DNA from: Gaiellaceae bacterium
GTDB lineage: Bacteria; Actinomycetota; Thermoleophilia; Gaiellales; Gaiellaceae
Reading direction: 5' to 3'
Length of the DNA: 64,000 nucleotides
Assembly: GCA_035535195.1 (NCBI GenBank)
Contig: DATLQK010000026.1
Span: 42,408-106,407, forward strand
A program made the position numbers and the translations under genes. A model generated the notes under the pieces. It did no database searches. It had not been told where the DNA came from and worked only from the letters and a program-made list of their open reading frames with translations. This document shows, piece after piece, positions 18,573-26,712 of this stretch; the stretch's first letter is position 1; every line of letters begins with the position of its first letter.

Positions 18573-18881
18573 TCACAAAGTCGCCTCGCCGGAGTGAGCT
18601 TGTGCGAGCTTTCTGCGGAGGGACTCCGGCTCGACGAAGAACGTGAACGCGCGCTCGCCGTCGATCTCGACGACGGGCAGCCACTCGCGGTACTCGGCCT
18701 CGAGCGCCTCGTCCCCGGAGATGTCCACCTCACGAAGCTCGAACGGTTCCTCCGCCCGGACCCCGGCCAGCACGCGCTTCGCCGCCTCGCAGAGGTGGCA
18801 GCCCGGCGCCGAGTAGAGGACGACCTTCCGCGGCCTCTGGGGCGTCGCTGGTGGTTCGGGGCCGGAGGGCACAGTGCTCAT
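18573..18881 (-). CDS. glutaredoxin-like protein (thioredoxin fold, CxxC)
   Basis: 102 aa. VVLYSAPGCHLCEAAKRVL...EVDISGDEALEAEYREWLPVVEIDGE is glutaredoxin_2/DUF836-like. The annotated ATG lies inside the loop of structured element A, so the true start is uncertain. Confidence 0.7.
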   Translation of the reverse strand: MSTVPSGPEPPATPQRPRKVVLYSAPGCHLCEAAKRVLAGVRAEEPFELREVDISGDEALEAEYREWLPVVEIDGERAFTFFVEPESLRRKLAQAHSGEATL

Positions 18882-18967
18882 GTAGCACGGGCCGGAGAGC
18901 CCCGGGCCGCCAGCGGCGTCAGGCGTCGGCGGAGCCGGGCTTCGCCCGGCGGGAGCCGGCGCCGGCC
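18860..18967. repeat. conserved structured GC-rich intergenic element, copy A (candidate ncRNA or REP-like element)
   Basis: About 108 nt and roughly 85-90% identical by eye to 27378..27484. It folds into GGCC closing pairs, a GUGCU/AGCAC hairpin, a GCCG-NCAG-CGGC hairpin, and a 9-bp + 7-bp stem with a GGA/GGGA internal loop. The copies differ by compensatory changes (see findings). Confidence 0.5.
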
Positions 18968-18978
18968 AGTGGCCGCGG

Positions 18979-20253
18979 TTACGGGTACAGGCCGCGGGTC
19001 AACGTTGCCTCGGCAACCCGCTGGACAGCGAGGCCGTAGGCGGCGATCCGCATCGTCGTCGACTTCGACTCGTACGTCGCCCAGGTCTCGTGGAAGGCGC
19101 GGGAGGTGATGTCGTTCAGCCGCGCGTTCACCTCGTTCTCCTTCCAGAAGTACTCCTGGAGCCCCTGGACCCACTCGAAGTAGGAGACGACGACGCCGCC
19201 GGCGTTGGCGAGCACGTCCGGGAGCAGCATCACCCCGCGGTCCTCGAGGATCTCGTCCGCGGCCGGCGTGGTCGGGCCGTTCGCCCCCTCGACGATCAAC
19301 ATCGCCTTGATCTTGTCGGCGTTCTTGCGCGTGATCACCTGCTCCAGCGCGCACGGCGCCAGGACGTCGGCCTCGAGGAGCAGGAGCTCGTCGTTCGTAA
19401 TCGACTCCGTGTCCTTCAGGCCCTCGAGGCGGCCCGTCTCCTGCTTGTGCGCCAGTGCCAGGTCGACGTCGATCCCGTTCGGGTTGTGGACGCCGCCGTT
19501 GGAGTCGGAGAGCGCGATCACCTTGGCGCCGTCCTCGGCGACGAACTTCGCGTAGTAGCTGCCGACGTTGCCGAACCCCTGAACCGCGACGCGCATGCCG
19601 TCGAGGCTGCGGTCCTGCTTCGCGACCGCCTCGCGCGTGCAGTAGTGCGCGCCGCGGGCCGTCGCCTCGAGGCGTCCGAGCGAACCGCCGAGGTTCAGCG
19701 GCTTCCCGGTGACGACGCCGAGCACCGAATGGCCCTTGTTCATCGAGTAGGTGTCGAAGATCCACGCCATCACGCGCGGGTCGGTCCCGACGTCGGGCGC
19801 CGGGATGTCCTTTTCCGGCCCGATCTCGTTGACGATCTCCGAGGTGAAGCGGCGCGTCATGCGCTCGAGCTCGCTCCGCGACAGCTGCTTCGGGTCGCAC
19901 ACGACCCCGCCCTTGGCGCCGCCGAACGGAATCCCCATCAGCGCGCACTTCCACGTCATCCACATCGCAAGCGCCTTGACCTCGTCGAGGGTGACGTCCG
20001 GGTGGTACCGGATACCTCCCTTCGACGGCCCGCGCGCGATGTTGTGCGTGACGCGGTAGCCCTCGAAGACCTCGATCGTCTCGTTGTCCATGTAGACCGG
20101 GATCGAGACCGAGACCGCCTTCTTCGGCTGCTCGAGCACGCGGATCAGGTTCGGGTCGATCTGGAACGCGTCGGCGACCGTCTGAAGCTGCTGCTGCGCC
20201 AGCTCGAGCGGGTTTTCCTGGAGGTGCGAAATCGGCGGAGCGAGGATCGTCAC
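18979..20253 (-). CDS. gdhA: NAD(P)-dependent glutamate dehydrogenase
   Basis: 424 aa. GPSKGGIRYHP, MTWKCALMGIPFGGAKGG, VAVQGFGNVGS and GANGPTTPAAD are canonical Glu/Leu/Phe/Val dehydrogenase blocks. GTG start with TATACT 9 nt upstream. Confidence 0.92.
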   Translation of the reverse strand: MTILAPPISHLQENPLELAQQQLQTVADAFQIDPNLIRVLEQPKKAVSVSIPVYMDNETIEVFEGYRVTHNIARGPSKGGIRYHPDVTLDEVKALAMWMTWKCALMGIPFGGAKGGVVCDPKQLSRSELERMTRRFTSEIVNEIGPEKDIPAPDVGTDPRVMAWIFDTYSMNKGHSVLGVVTGKPLNLGGSLGRLEATARGAHYCTREAVAKQDRSLDGMRVAVQGFGNVGSYYAKFVAEDGAKVIALSDSNGGVHNPNGIDVDLALAHKQETGRLEGLKDTESITNDELLLLEADVLAPCALEQVITRKNADKIKAMLIVEGANGPTTPAADEILEDRGVMLLPDVLANAGGVVVSYFEWVQGLQEYFWKENEVNARLNDITSRAFHETWATYESKSTTMRIAAYGLAVQRVAEATLTRGLYP

Positions 20254-20273
20254 GCGGCCCGCAGTATATGCGT

Positions 20274-22847
20274 CTAGCGGATCTCGAACGAGACGTTTTG
20301 CCTGCTCGGAGGCCCATCTTCCGGCGGGTAGGCCAACAGCCGGAGCTGGTAGTCGCCCGGCGGAAGCCGTCGGCCGGCGGGGCCGCGCCCGGTCAGGCCG
20401 AAGGTGTATCGGCCCGGCAGCAGGTTGCGGAGGCGGGCGAGCCTGCCGAGGCGCTCCTTCCCGCGGTAGAGCTCGAGATCGAGGTGCGAGAGCGGCAGGA
20501 CCTCGGTCACCCCGTCACGCTCGACGAGCCGCCCGGCGCGTAGCTCGAGCAGCGCCGGCGCCGAGTCCGACGGTCGGAACTTCGTCACCGAGAGGCGGAC
20601 CGACCCGAGGAGGCCGCGCGGTGGAGGCCCGAAGGTAACCGACCACGGGACCTTCACCGCTCGGCCGCCGCCGGCACGGAGCTCGAGCGTCGCCGTCACC
20701 GCGCGCTTCCCGGGCGGGACGTAGGCCAAGCGGCCGGCGAGGAAGACCGCCGCGGCGCCGCCCGGTTCGAGCGTGACGCGTGACGGGGACACCGCGAGCG
20801 CGATGCCGCCCACCTCCCCGAGGTTGCCGACCGAGATGTTCACGGTCAGCCGGCGGCTCGAGAGGTTCCGGACGGCGAACCTCGCCGTCCCCGACCACCC
20901 CCGCCCCCGTGCGTTGCCGAGCGAGAGCGTGGCGGGCTCGGCCACGACCTCGGCGGCCGATGCAGCTCCGAGATCGAGCTGGCCGCCGGGCCCGGCCGTT
21001 CCGGTCAAGGCGCCCTTGAGCGCGGGCGCGTCGAGGTCGGGGCGGTTCTGTGCCAGCAGCGCCGCCGCTCCCGCCACCACCGCGGCCGCCGCGCTCGAGC
21101 CGCTGACGGTGCCGAACGCCGGGGTGCCGTCCTCGCCTCGGCCGGGATGGGAGGTGAGGAGGCCGACACCCGGCGCGTAGAGGTCGGGCTTGGCGCCGCC
21201 GTCGAAGGCGAGCCCGCGCGAGGAGAACGCGGCCGGGCCGCCGGCATTCGGGTTCGACCGGCTGTGTGCCGTGCCGATCTCGACGGTCGCAGGCTCGCCC
21301 TGCGAGAGCAGCCGCTTCGCGGTCGTCGCAACGGCATTGGGAACCGACACGACGGGGATGCCGACCCGCTCATCGAGGCCGAGGCTCCCGGAGGGGATCT
21401 CGGGGCCGTGCAGGACGGCCGCGGCCGCACCGGCTCTGGCCGCCGCAGCCGCGGCAGCGTCCGGGGCGTCACCCCCCGGGGCGAGCGCCGCCTTGCCGGC
21501 CACGCGGCTGTAACCCCGTCGGTCGAAGAAGTCGTCGATCGAGAGCGACGGCGAGCTGTCGCCGAGGACGGCGGGCGGGAGCGGGTGGCGCACGGCCGGC
21601 AGGGCGAGGTCGAGCCGAAGCGGCTTCCGCGGCCCGATCGCTCCTCCCAGAGGGACGTCGTGATCGAACAGAACCCTGAGCCCGGAGCGGACGATCACGC
21701 GAACGTGGTCGACCTGGTCGCGCAGGTCCTCCGCGCCGACGGAGAGCGCGCCGGGCGAGCCGCCCGGGCCCGAGATGCTGCCGTAGACCGGCCCGGCCGG
21801 CCCCTCGTTGCCGGCCGGCGTCACGACGAGCGTGTCGAGCTTGAGCGCGCCCTCCACCGCCCGGGAGGACGGGCTGTCGGCGAAAGCGGCGAACGGCTCG
21901 ACAAACCCGACGAGGGCGATCCGCGCCGCGTCGTGCGCGTTGCCGTCTCCGTCGGGATCGACCGCGCGCTCCAGGCCGGCGATCAGCTGGTCCGTGCGCG
22001 AGTAGACCGTCCAGCGGCCCGCCAGGTCGCGCTGCCAGCCGCCGGCCCTGATCGGCATGATCGTCGCGTTCTGAGCCACGCCGTGCAGGTCGCCCGGGCC
22101 GCCGGAGCCGACGATCAGCCCGCCGAGCTCCGTTGCGTGCCGCTCGCGCTGCGACGCGTCGTCCGGCTTCAGCTTCGCGGCGGCGAAGTCGTCGCGTTCC
22201 AGCAGGTCGGCGCCCTCCTGCACCGCGCCCGTGAGGTAGTCGTGACTCAGCTGGATTCCCGTGTCGATCAGGGCGACCGTGACGCCGCGGCCGCTGGCGC
22301 CCGGGAGCGAGAGCTGCGCGCGGTAGCCCGCGCCGTCTGGCAGCTGGTGCCGGGCGACGAGCGCTGACGAGACTGCCGCCGGATAGGCGATCCGGACGGG
22401 ATAGACGCCCTCGACCTCCGGGAAGCGCTGGAGCAGCGCGATCGCACGTGCGTCGAGGGGCGCGGAGAAGCCCGAGAGGACACGCGTGTAGCTGAACTCC
22501 GGCCGGAGCCTGAGCCCCGCGGCGCCGAGCTGGGCGATCAGCTGCTGCTGCGACGCCTGGGCCGCGTCCTGCCAGCGCCGCTCGTCGGCCTCCGACGCCA
22601 GCCCACCCGCCGCCGCGACGCGGTCGGCAAGCGAGGGCGTCCGCAGCACGACGATCATCCGCTGTCCGACGGGCACCTCCGGCCGCGGGCCGCCGACGAG
22701 GCCGCTCCAGGAGACCCGCTGCGCCAAGGGCCGGCTCGCGTTCCCCTCCGTCGCGGCAGCGACGGACACGACCGTGACGGCCAGGGCGAGGATTCCGAGC
22801 AGTGCGACCTGCGCCAGCCGGCGCTCAGACAAACGCATCCAGCGCAA
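20274..22847 (-). CDS. large secreted S8-family serine peptidase
   Basis: 857 aa. N-terminal signal/TM (LAQVALLGILALAVTVVSVAAA). S8 blocks VALIDTGIQLSHDYL (Asp) and TVSGSSAAAAVVAGAAALL (Ser). Long beta-rich C-terminus. The start may be the second Met at 22838. Confidence 0.75.
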   Translation of the reverse strand: MRWMRLSERRLAQVALLGILALAVTVVSVAAATEGNASRPLAQRVSWSGLVGGPRPEVPVGQRMIVVLRTPSLADRVAAAGGLASEADERRWQDAAQASQQQLIAQLGAAGLRLRPEFSYTRVLSGFSAPLDARAIALLQRFPEVEGVYPVRIAYPAAVSSALVARHQLPDGAGYRAQLSLPGASGRGVTVALIDTGIQLSHDYLTGAVQEGADLLERDDFAAAKLKPDDASQRERHATELGGLIVGSGGPGDLHGVAQNATIMPIRAGGWQRDLAGRWTVYSRTDQLIAGLERAVDPDGDGNAHDAARIALVGFVEPFAAFADSPSSRAVEGALKLDTLVVTPAGNEGPAGPVYGSISGPGGSPGALSVGAEDLRDQVDHVRVIVRSGLRVLFDHDVPLGGAIGPRKPLRLDLALPAVRHPLPPAVLGDSSPSLSIDDFFDRRGYSRVAGKAALAPGGDAPDAAAAAAARAGAAAAVLHGPEIPSGSLGLDERVGIPVVSVPNAVATTAKRLLSQGEPATVEIGTAHSRSNPNAGGPAAFSSRGLAFDGGAKPDLYAPGVGLLTSHPGRGEDGTPAFGTVSGSSAAAAVVAGAAALLAQNRPDLDAPALKGALTGTAGPGGQLDLGAASAAEVVAEPATLSLGNARGRGWSGTARFAVRNLSSRRLTVNISVGNLGEVGGIALAVSPSRVTLEPGGAAAVFLAGRLAYVPPGKRAVTATLELRAGGGRAVKVPWSVTFGPPPRGLLGSVRLSVTKFRPSDSAPALLELRAGRLVERDGVTEVLPLSHLDLELYRGKERLGRLARLRNLLPGRYTFGLTGRGPAGRRLPPGDYQLRLLAYPPEDGPPSRQNVSFEIR

Positions 22848-23778
22848 GGTACCGGGGATACGGGAGGACCTCTGCGTACCGCGCGGCCGAGGCGATCATC
22901 GCCGCGTTGTCGGTGCAGAGCTCCAGCGGGGCGGCGACTGCCTCCGAGAGCGAAGCACGGAGCTCCGAGTTGGCGGCGACGCCGCCGACGACCGCGATGC
23001 GCTCGGTGCCGAGCTCCGCGGCGGCAGAGCGCGTCCGCTCGACGAGGGCGCGGACGATCGCGCGCTGATACGAGGCCGCAAGGTCGGCCTTGCGCGCCTC
23101 GGCCTCGTCGCGGAGGTCACGTACCGCGTACAGGAGCGCGGTCTTGAGCCCCGAGAAGGAGAAGTCGAATCCGGCCACCCGTGCGACCGGAAACGCGAAC
23201 GCCTCGGGATCGCCGTCGCGCGCCAGCCGGTCGATCGCGGCGCCCCCGGGGTAGCCGAGGCCGAGCAGCCGCGCCCCCTTGTCGAATGCCTCTCCCGCGG
23301 CGTCGTCCAGCGTCGTCCCGAGCACCCCGAAGGTGCCGTGGTCGCGGACGTCCAGCAGCTGCGTATGCCCGCCGCTCGCCAGCAGGCAGAGAAAGGGCGG
23401 CTCCAGCGGGTCGGGCTGGAGGAAGAGCGACGCGACGTGGCCCTGGAGGTGGTTCACGGGCACGAGCGGAAGCCGCCGCGACCATGCGAGCGCCTTGGCG
23501 GCCGAGACGCCGATCAGGAGCGCCCCGACCAGGCCCGGCCCCTGCGTCACCGCCACAGTCTCGACGTCCTCGAGCCCGGCGTCCCCCTCCTCGAGCGCGC
23601 GCTTGAGGGCGGGAATGATCAGCTCCAGGTGGTGCCGTGAGGCGACTTCGGGGACGACGCCGCCGTACGGCGCGTGCAGCTCCGCCTGGGAGGAGACGAC
23701 ATTGGCGCGCACCCCGCCGTCCCGCGTGACTAGGGCAGCCGCGGTCTCGTCACACGAGGTCTCGATCCCGAGGATCAC
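22825..23778 (-). CDS. tsaD: tRNA N6-adenosine threonylcarbamoyltransferase
   Basis: 317 aa. MILGIETSCDETAAALV, GVVPEVASRHH and LLASGGHTQL are Kae1/TsaD hallmarks. GTG start. Confidence 0.92.
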   Translation of the reverse strand: MILGIETSCDETAAALVTRDGGVRANVVSSQAELHAPYGGVVPEVASRHHLELIIPALKRALEEGDAGLEDVETVAVTQGPGLVGALLIGVSAAKALAWSRRLPLVPVNHLQGHVASLFLQPDPLEPPFLCLLASGGHTQLLDVRDHGTFGVLGTTLDDAAGEAFDKGARLLGLGYPGGAAIDRLARDGDPEAFAFPVARVAGFDFSFSGLKTALLYAVRDLRDEAEARKADLAASYQRAIVRALVERTRSAAAELGTERIAVVGGVAANSELRASLSEAVAAPLELCTDNAAMIASAARYAEVLPYPRYLALDAFV

Positions 23779-23784
23779 AGCATA

Positions 23785-23880
23785 GGGGAAACCATGTTTC
23801 CCCCATGGACCCCCTTCTTCAGCGTTCCGCCGCGGCGCTGCGGAACTAGGGCTCCCGCCGGGCGGAGCCCGGCTCCGCCC
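23785..23880 (-). other. three consecutive hairpins in the rimI-tsaD spacer, including core copy C of the structured element
   Basis: Hairpin 1 at 23785-23803: GGGGAAAC-CAT-GTTTCCCC. Hairpin 2 at 23824-23846: GTTCCGC-(9 nt)-GCGGAAC. Hairpin 3 at 23849-23880: on the minus (operon) strand it reads GGGC-GGA-GCCGGGC-UCC-GCCCGGC-GGGA-GCCC, the same internal-loop hairpin as in copies A and B. Confidence 0.5.
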
Positions 23881-23907
23881 GCGGAGGGAGACCGATCCAT
23901 CTTGGTC

Positions 23908-24378
23908 TCAGGCACTTGCGCGCTCGCGCACCGGGTCTTTCCACATGATCACCGCGTCCTCGCGGTTGTCCGTGTAGTAGCCGCGCCGGATGCCGCGCGC
24001 GACGAAGCCGAGCCGCTCGTAGAGCCGGATCGCGCCGGTGTTGGAGACGCGAACCTCGAGCGTGTAGCCGCGGCGGTCGTCGCCGGCGGTGAGATCGAAC
24101 AGGCGGTTGAGCAGCATCGTGGCGACACCGCGGCCCCGGTAGTCCTCGTGCACGGCGACATTCATCACGTGCCAGGCGTCCGCGTAGCGGGAGATGATCA
24201 GATAGGCGACGAGCTGCTCATCCGCGTCCACGTCGACGGCGCCGAGGCAGATCGACGACGGTTTCGCCAGCTCGCCCGCGAACATCGACCTCGACCAGGG
24301 CGTCGGGTACGCAGTTCGCTCGATCCGCTCGATCGCGGGGAGATCGGCCAGGGTGAGGCGTCGCAGCTGGATGGTCAC
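23908..24378 (-). CDS. rimI: ribosomal-protein-alanine N-acetyltransferase
   Basis: 156 aa GNAT fold: NVAVHEDYRGRGVATMLLNRL...TLEVRVSNTGAIRLYERLGF. It sits in the conserved tsaB-rimI-tsaD context. Confidence 0.85.
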   Translation of the reverse strand: MTIQLRRLTLADLPAIERIERTAYPTPWSRSMFAGELAKPSSICLGAVDVDADEQLVAYLIISRYADAWHVMNVAVHEDYRGRGVATMLLNRLFDLTAGDDRRGYTLEVRVSNTGAIRLYERLGFVARGIRRGYYTDNREDAVIMWKDPVRERASA

Positions 24379-24971
24379 TGTCGGGGGCGGTCGACGTCCG
24401 GAACACGAAGGTACATGGGTTCGACGGCCTCGGGGAGGCCGAAGTCGCGGGCGAGCTGGGCGTGGAAGCGCGCGCGCGGAAGGTGCAGTTCGCTCTCGTC
24501 CGGCGGCACCTCGCCACCCGCCGCCGCGACCACGTCGCGGTACCGACGCGCGCCGTCACCCACATAGGTGCGTCCGGGCTCCACCGGCAGGTCGGCCGGG
24601 GCGAGCACCGACGGCCCGCCGTCGAGCAGCGCGAAGACCTCGCGGCGCCGCGCGTCGATCACCGGCACTGCACCCGGCGCGCCCGCGGCCAGCGCGTCGA
24701 GCGTCGAGACGCCGGCCAGCGGGAGCTCGAGCGCGAACGCGAGCGCCCGCGCCGTCGCGAGCCCCATGCGGAGGCCGGTGAAGCTCCCCGGCCCGATCCC
24801 CACCACGAGGCCCTCGACCTGCGAGTCGCGCACTCCGCCGCGCCGCAGGAGGGCGTCCAGGTCCTCGAGCACCGAGACGGGCCGAGAGATCTGCTCGCCG
24901 AGCACCTCCCCGTCCCAGACGAGCGCGCTCGTGGCGTCGTCCGTGGCGGTGTCGAAGGCGAGGATCAGCAT
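24375..24971 (-). CDS. tsaB: tRNA threonylcarbamoyladenosine biosynthesis protein TsaB
   Basis: The track ORF extends to 25115 with an Arg-rich artefact. The internal start at 24971 gives MLILAFDTATDDATSALV, the YeaZ/TsaB N-terminus, followed by GIGPGSFTGLRMGLATARALA. Confidence 0.85.
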   Translation of the reverse strand: MLILAFDTATDDATSALVWDGEVLGEQISRPVSVLEDLDALLRRGGVRDSQVEGLVVGIGPGSFTGLRMGLATARALAFALELPLAGVSTLDALAAGAPGAVPVIDARRREVFALLDGGPSVLAPADLPVEPGRTYVGDGARRYRDVVAAAGGEVPPDESELHLPRARFHAQLARDFGLPEAVEPMYLRVPDVDRPRQ

Positions 24972-25414
24972 TCGTCCACCCGGATCCTGCGGCGCTCGGG
25001 CGCCACGTGCTCGAGCGAGACGGCGAAACGTGCGGGCGGCAGGACGTCCTTGCCTGCCTCGGGCCACTCGACGAAGCAGACGGCGCCGTCGAAGTACGGC
25101 TCGAGGTCGCCCCACTCCGCCGCCGAGACGCCGGCGAAGCGGTAGAGGTCGAGATGGGAGACGTCGACGCGGCCGCGGTAGCGATGGCCGATCGTGAACG
25201 TGGGGCTGGTCACGGGATCGACGATGCCCAGCGCTCGGCAGGCGCCGCGGACGAACGTCGTCTTGCCGGTGCCGAGCTCACCGCTGATCGTCACGACCTC
25301 CCCGGAGCGGAGCAAGCCGGCGAGCTCGGCCCCCACGGCCTCGGTGTCCTCGGGCGAGGAGGAGTCGTACTCCACGGGGGTAGTCTGGATGCTCGTGCGC
25401 CGGCGCTGGGACAT
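24965..25414 (-). CDS. tsaE: tRNA threonylcarbamoyladenosine biosynthesis ATPase TsaE
   Basis: Walker A reads ISGELGTGKTTFVRGACRALGI; also SPTFTIGHRY and HLDLYR. The start is uncertain: ATG at 25414 is chosen here, while the track start at 25486 would add an Ser/Arg-rich extension. Confidence 0.75.
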   Translation of the reverse strand: MSQRRRTSIQTTPVEYDSSSPEDTEAVGAELAGLLRSGEVVTISGELGTGKTTFVRGACRALGIVDPVTSPTFTIGHRYRGRVDVSHLDLYRFAGVSAAEWGDLEPYFDGAVCFVEWPEAGKDVLPPARFAVSLEHVAPERRRIRVDEC

Positions 25415-25820
25415 CGACGAGCGCGGCCGCGGCGTCGCGGACGCAGCGCGGCTGGTTCCGGACGCCGAGACGCTGGTCGGCTTCATGGCCGAGCAGGACT
25501 GGGTGACCGAGGAGCCCGACGCCCATCTCCTCCCGCACGTGCGGCGGCTGGCCGCGCAGTTCCCGCTCGAGGAGATGAGCGCCGAGATCGACGGCGACGG
25601 CGTGCTCGTCGTCTCGCTGCGCTGGACGGATCCGTGGGACCAGCCCGCTGCGACGGCCGCGGCATTCGCCCTGCTCGGCTCGTTCGCGGAGGAGATGACC
25701 TATCTCCGGAAGGACGAGGAGCCGGGCCGCGTCGTCCTCGAGACGGTCACGGGCGTCGTCTCCGACGGCACCTTCGCGCCGCACGGCCACACTGTGCGGA
25801 TCGAGCTCGCCGAGGGCTAG
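25389..25820 (+). CDS. hypothetical acidic protein (143 aa)
   Basis: This is the second half of track ORF 25194..25820; the first half is antisense to tsaE. From the ATG at 25389: MLVRRRWDIDERGRG...[12 protein letters not shown]3 is very high. No family recognised. Confidence 0.5.
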   Translation: MLVRRRWDIDERGRGVADAARLVPDAETLVGFMAEQDWVTEEPDAHLLPHVRRLAAQFPLEEMSAEIDGDGVLVVSLRWTDPWDQPAATAAAFALLGSFAEEMTYLRKDEEPGRVVLETVTGVVSDGTFAPHGHTVRIELAEG

Positions 25821-26449
25821 AAGAGGCCGAGCTGGACTGCGGGCTGCGGCGCCGCGATGGGCTCCGGCTCGAGCTCGGGCACCTCGACCGCGCGCCCCAT
25901 CAGCTCGGGCAGGCGCACGAAGTCCTGCTGCAGCACCTGGAGCATGGCCGGCGTGTACAGCGCGGCCGCGGGGTGGTAGAGCGGGTAGAGCAGCACCTGG
26001 TTCCCGCCGACCATCGTGTCCTGCTCGACGCCGTGGACGCGCGTGATCCCGGTCGGCTTCCCGGAGAGCAGCTTCGTGGCGAAGTTCCCGAGCGTCGCGA
26101 CCACCTTCGGCTGGATCAGCTCGATTTGCCGGAACAGGTGCGGCTCGCACGACTCGATCTCGTCGGGCTGCGGATCGCGGTTGCCCGGAGGCCGGCACTT
26201 GAGGACGTTCGCGATGTAGACCTCCGACCGCTCGAGGCCGATCCCGGCGAGGAGCTTGTCGAGCAGCTTTCCGGCCTGGCCGACGAACGGTGCGCCCTGC
26301 TTGTCCTCGTGGAACCCGGGCGCCTCGCCGACGAACATCAGGTCGGCGTGCGGGTTTCCGACGCCGAAGACGACCTGTGTGCGGCCCTGCGCGAGGCGGC
26401 ACCGGGTGCAGACCGAGACCTGTTCGCCGAGCGCGTGGAGCGTTTCCAC
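25817..26449 (-). CDS. udg: uracil-DNA glycosylase, family 4
   Basis: The C-terminal 210 aa of track ORF 25817..27151, starting at the GTG at 26449. Motifs: [51 protein letters not shown] and LYHPAA. Confidence 0.85.
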   Translation of the reverse strand: METLHALGEQVSVCTRCRLAQGRTQVVFGVGNPHADLMFVGEAPGFHEDKQGAPFVGQAGKLLDKLLAGIGLERSEVYIANVLKCRPPGNRDPQPDEIESCEPHLFRQIELIQPKVVATLGNFATKLLSGKPTGITRVHGVEQDTMVGGNQVLLYPLYHPAAALYTPAMLQVLQQDFVRLPELMGRAVEVPELEPEPIAAPQPAVQLGLF

Positions 26450-26480
26450 GCGGGCGAGTCTAGGACGACCGCCGGACAGT

Positions 26481-26702
26481 TCAGTGGCCGCAGCCACAGC
26501 TGCCGCCGCCGCCGCAGCAGCCGCCGCCGGCGGACGGCCCGCCGAAGCTCGGCTGCGTGCTCGTGCCGTGCGCGGCGAAGACCGAAAGCTGCTTGCGGAC
26601 GTTCGAGTCGCCGCACTCCGGGCAGTCGGGCTGCTCCCCGTTCCGGACGAGCTCCTCGAAGTGCGACTCGCACTGCATGCAGACGTACTCGTAGATCGGC
26701 AT
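26481..26702 (-). CDS. FmdB-family zinc-ribbon protein (CxxC_CxxC_SSSS) with Gly/Cys-rich tail
   Basis: 73 aa: [19 protein letters not shown]...[14 protein letters not shown], with the tail [15 protein letters not shown]. Confidence 0.8.
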   Translation of the reverse strand: MPIYEYVCMQCESHFEELVRNGEQPDCPECGDSNVRKQLSVFAAHGTSTQPSFGGPSAGGGCCGGGGSCGCGH

Positions 26703-26712
26703 CGCGCTGAGT

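Noticed and set aside
18860-18967. Similarity of the structured element to known riboswitch classes: guanidine-I/ykkC (AGGG..CCGAGAG..GCCCGGGAG), NiCo/czcD (GGGACAGUG), ZTP and glycine (GGAGAG).
   Set aside because: Only short GC-rich words match. The block order and helices differ from what I remember of those consensus structures. No appropriate downstream gene exists on the matching strand. A cmscan would be decisive.
26481-26702. The Gly/Cys-rich C-terminus ([15 protein letters not shown]) of the 73-aa protein looked like a RiPP or metallothionein-like precursor.
   Set aside because: The N-terminus is the standard FmdB/CxxC_CxxC_SSSS zinc ribbon ([16 protein letters not shown]...CPECG). 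As far as I recall, such Gly/Cys tails are common in that family. No modification enzymes are nearby.
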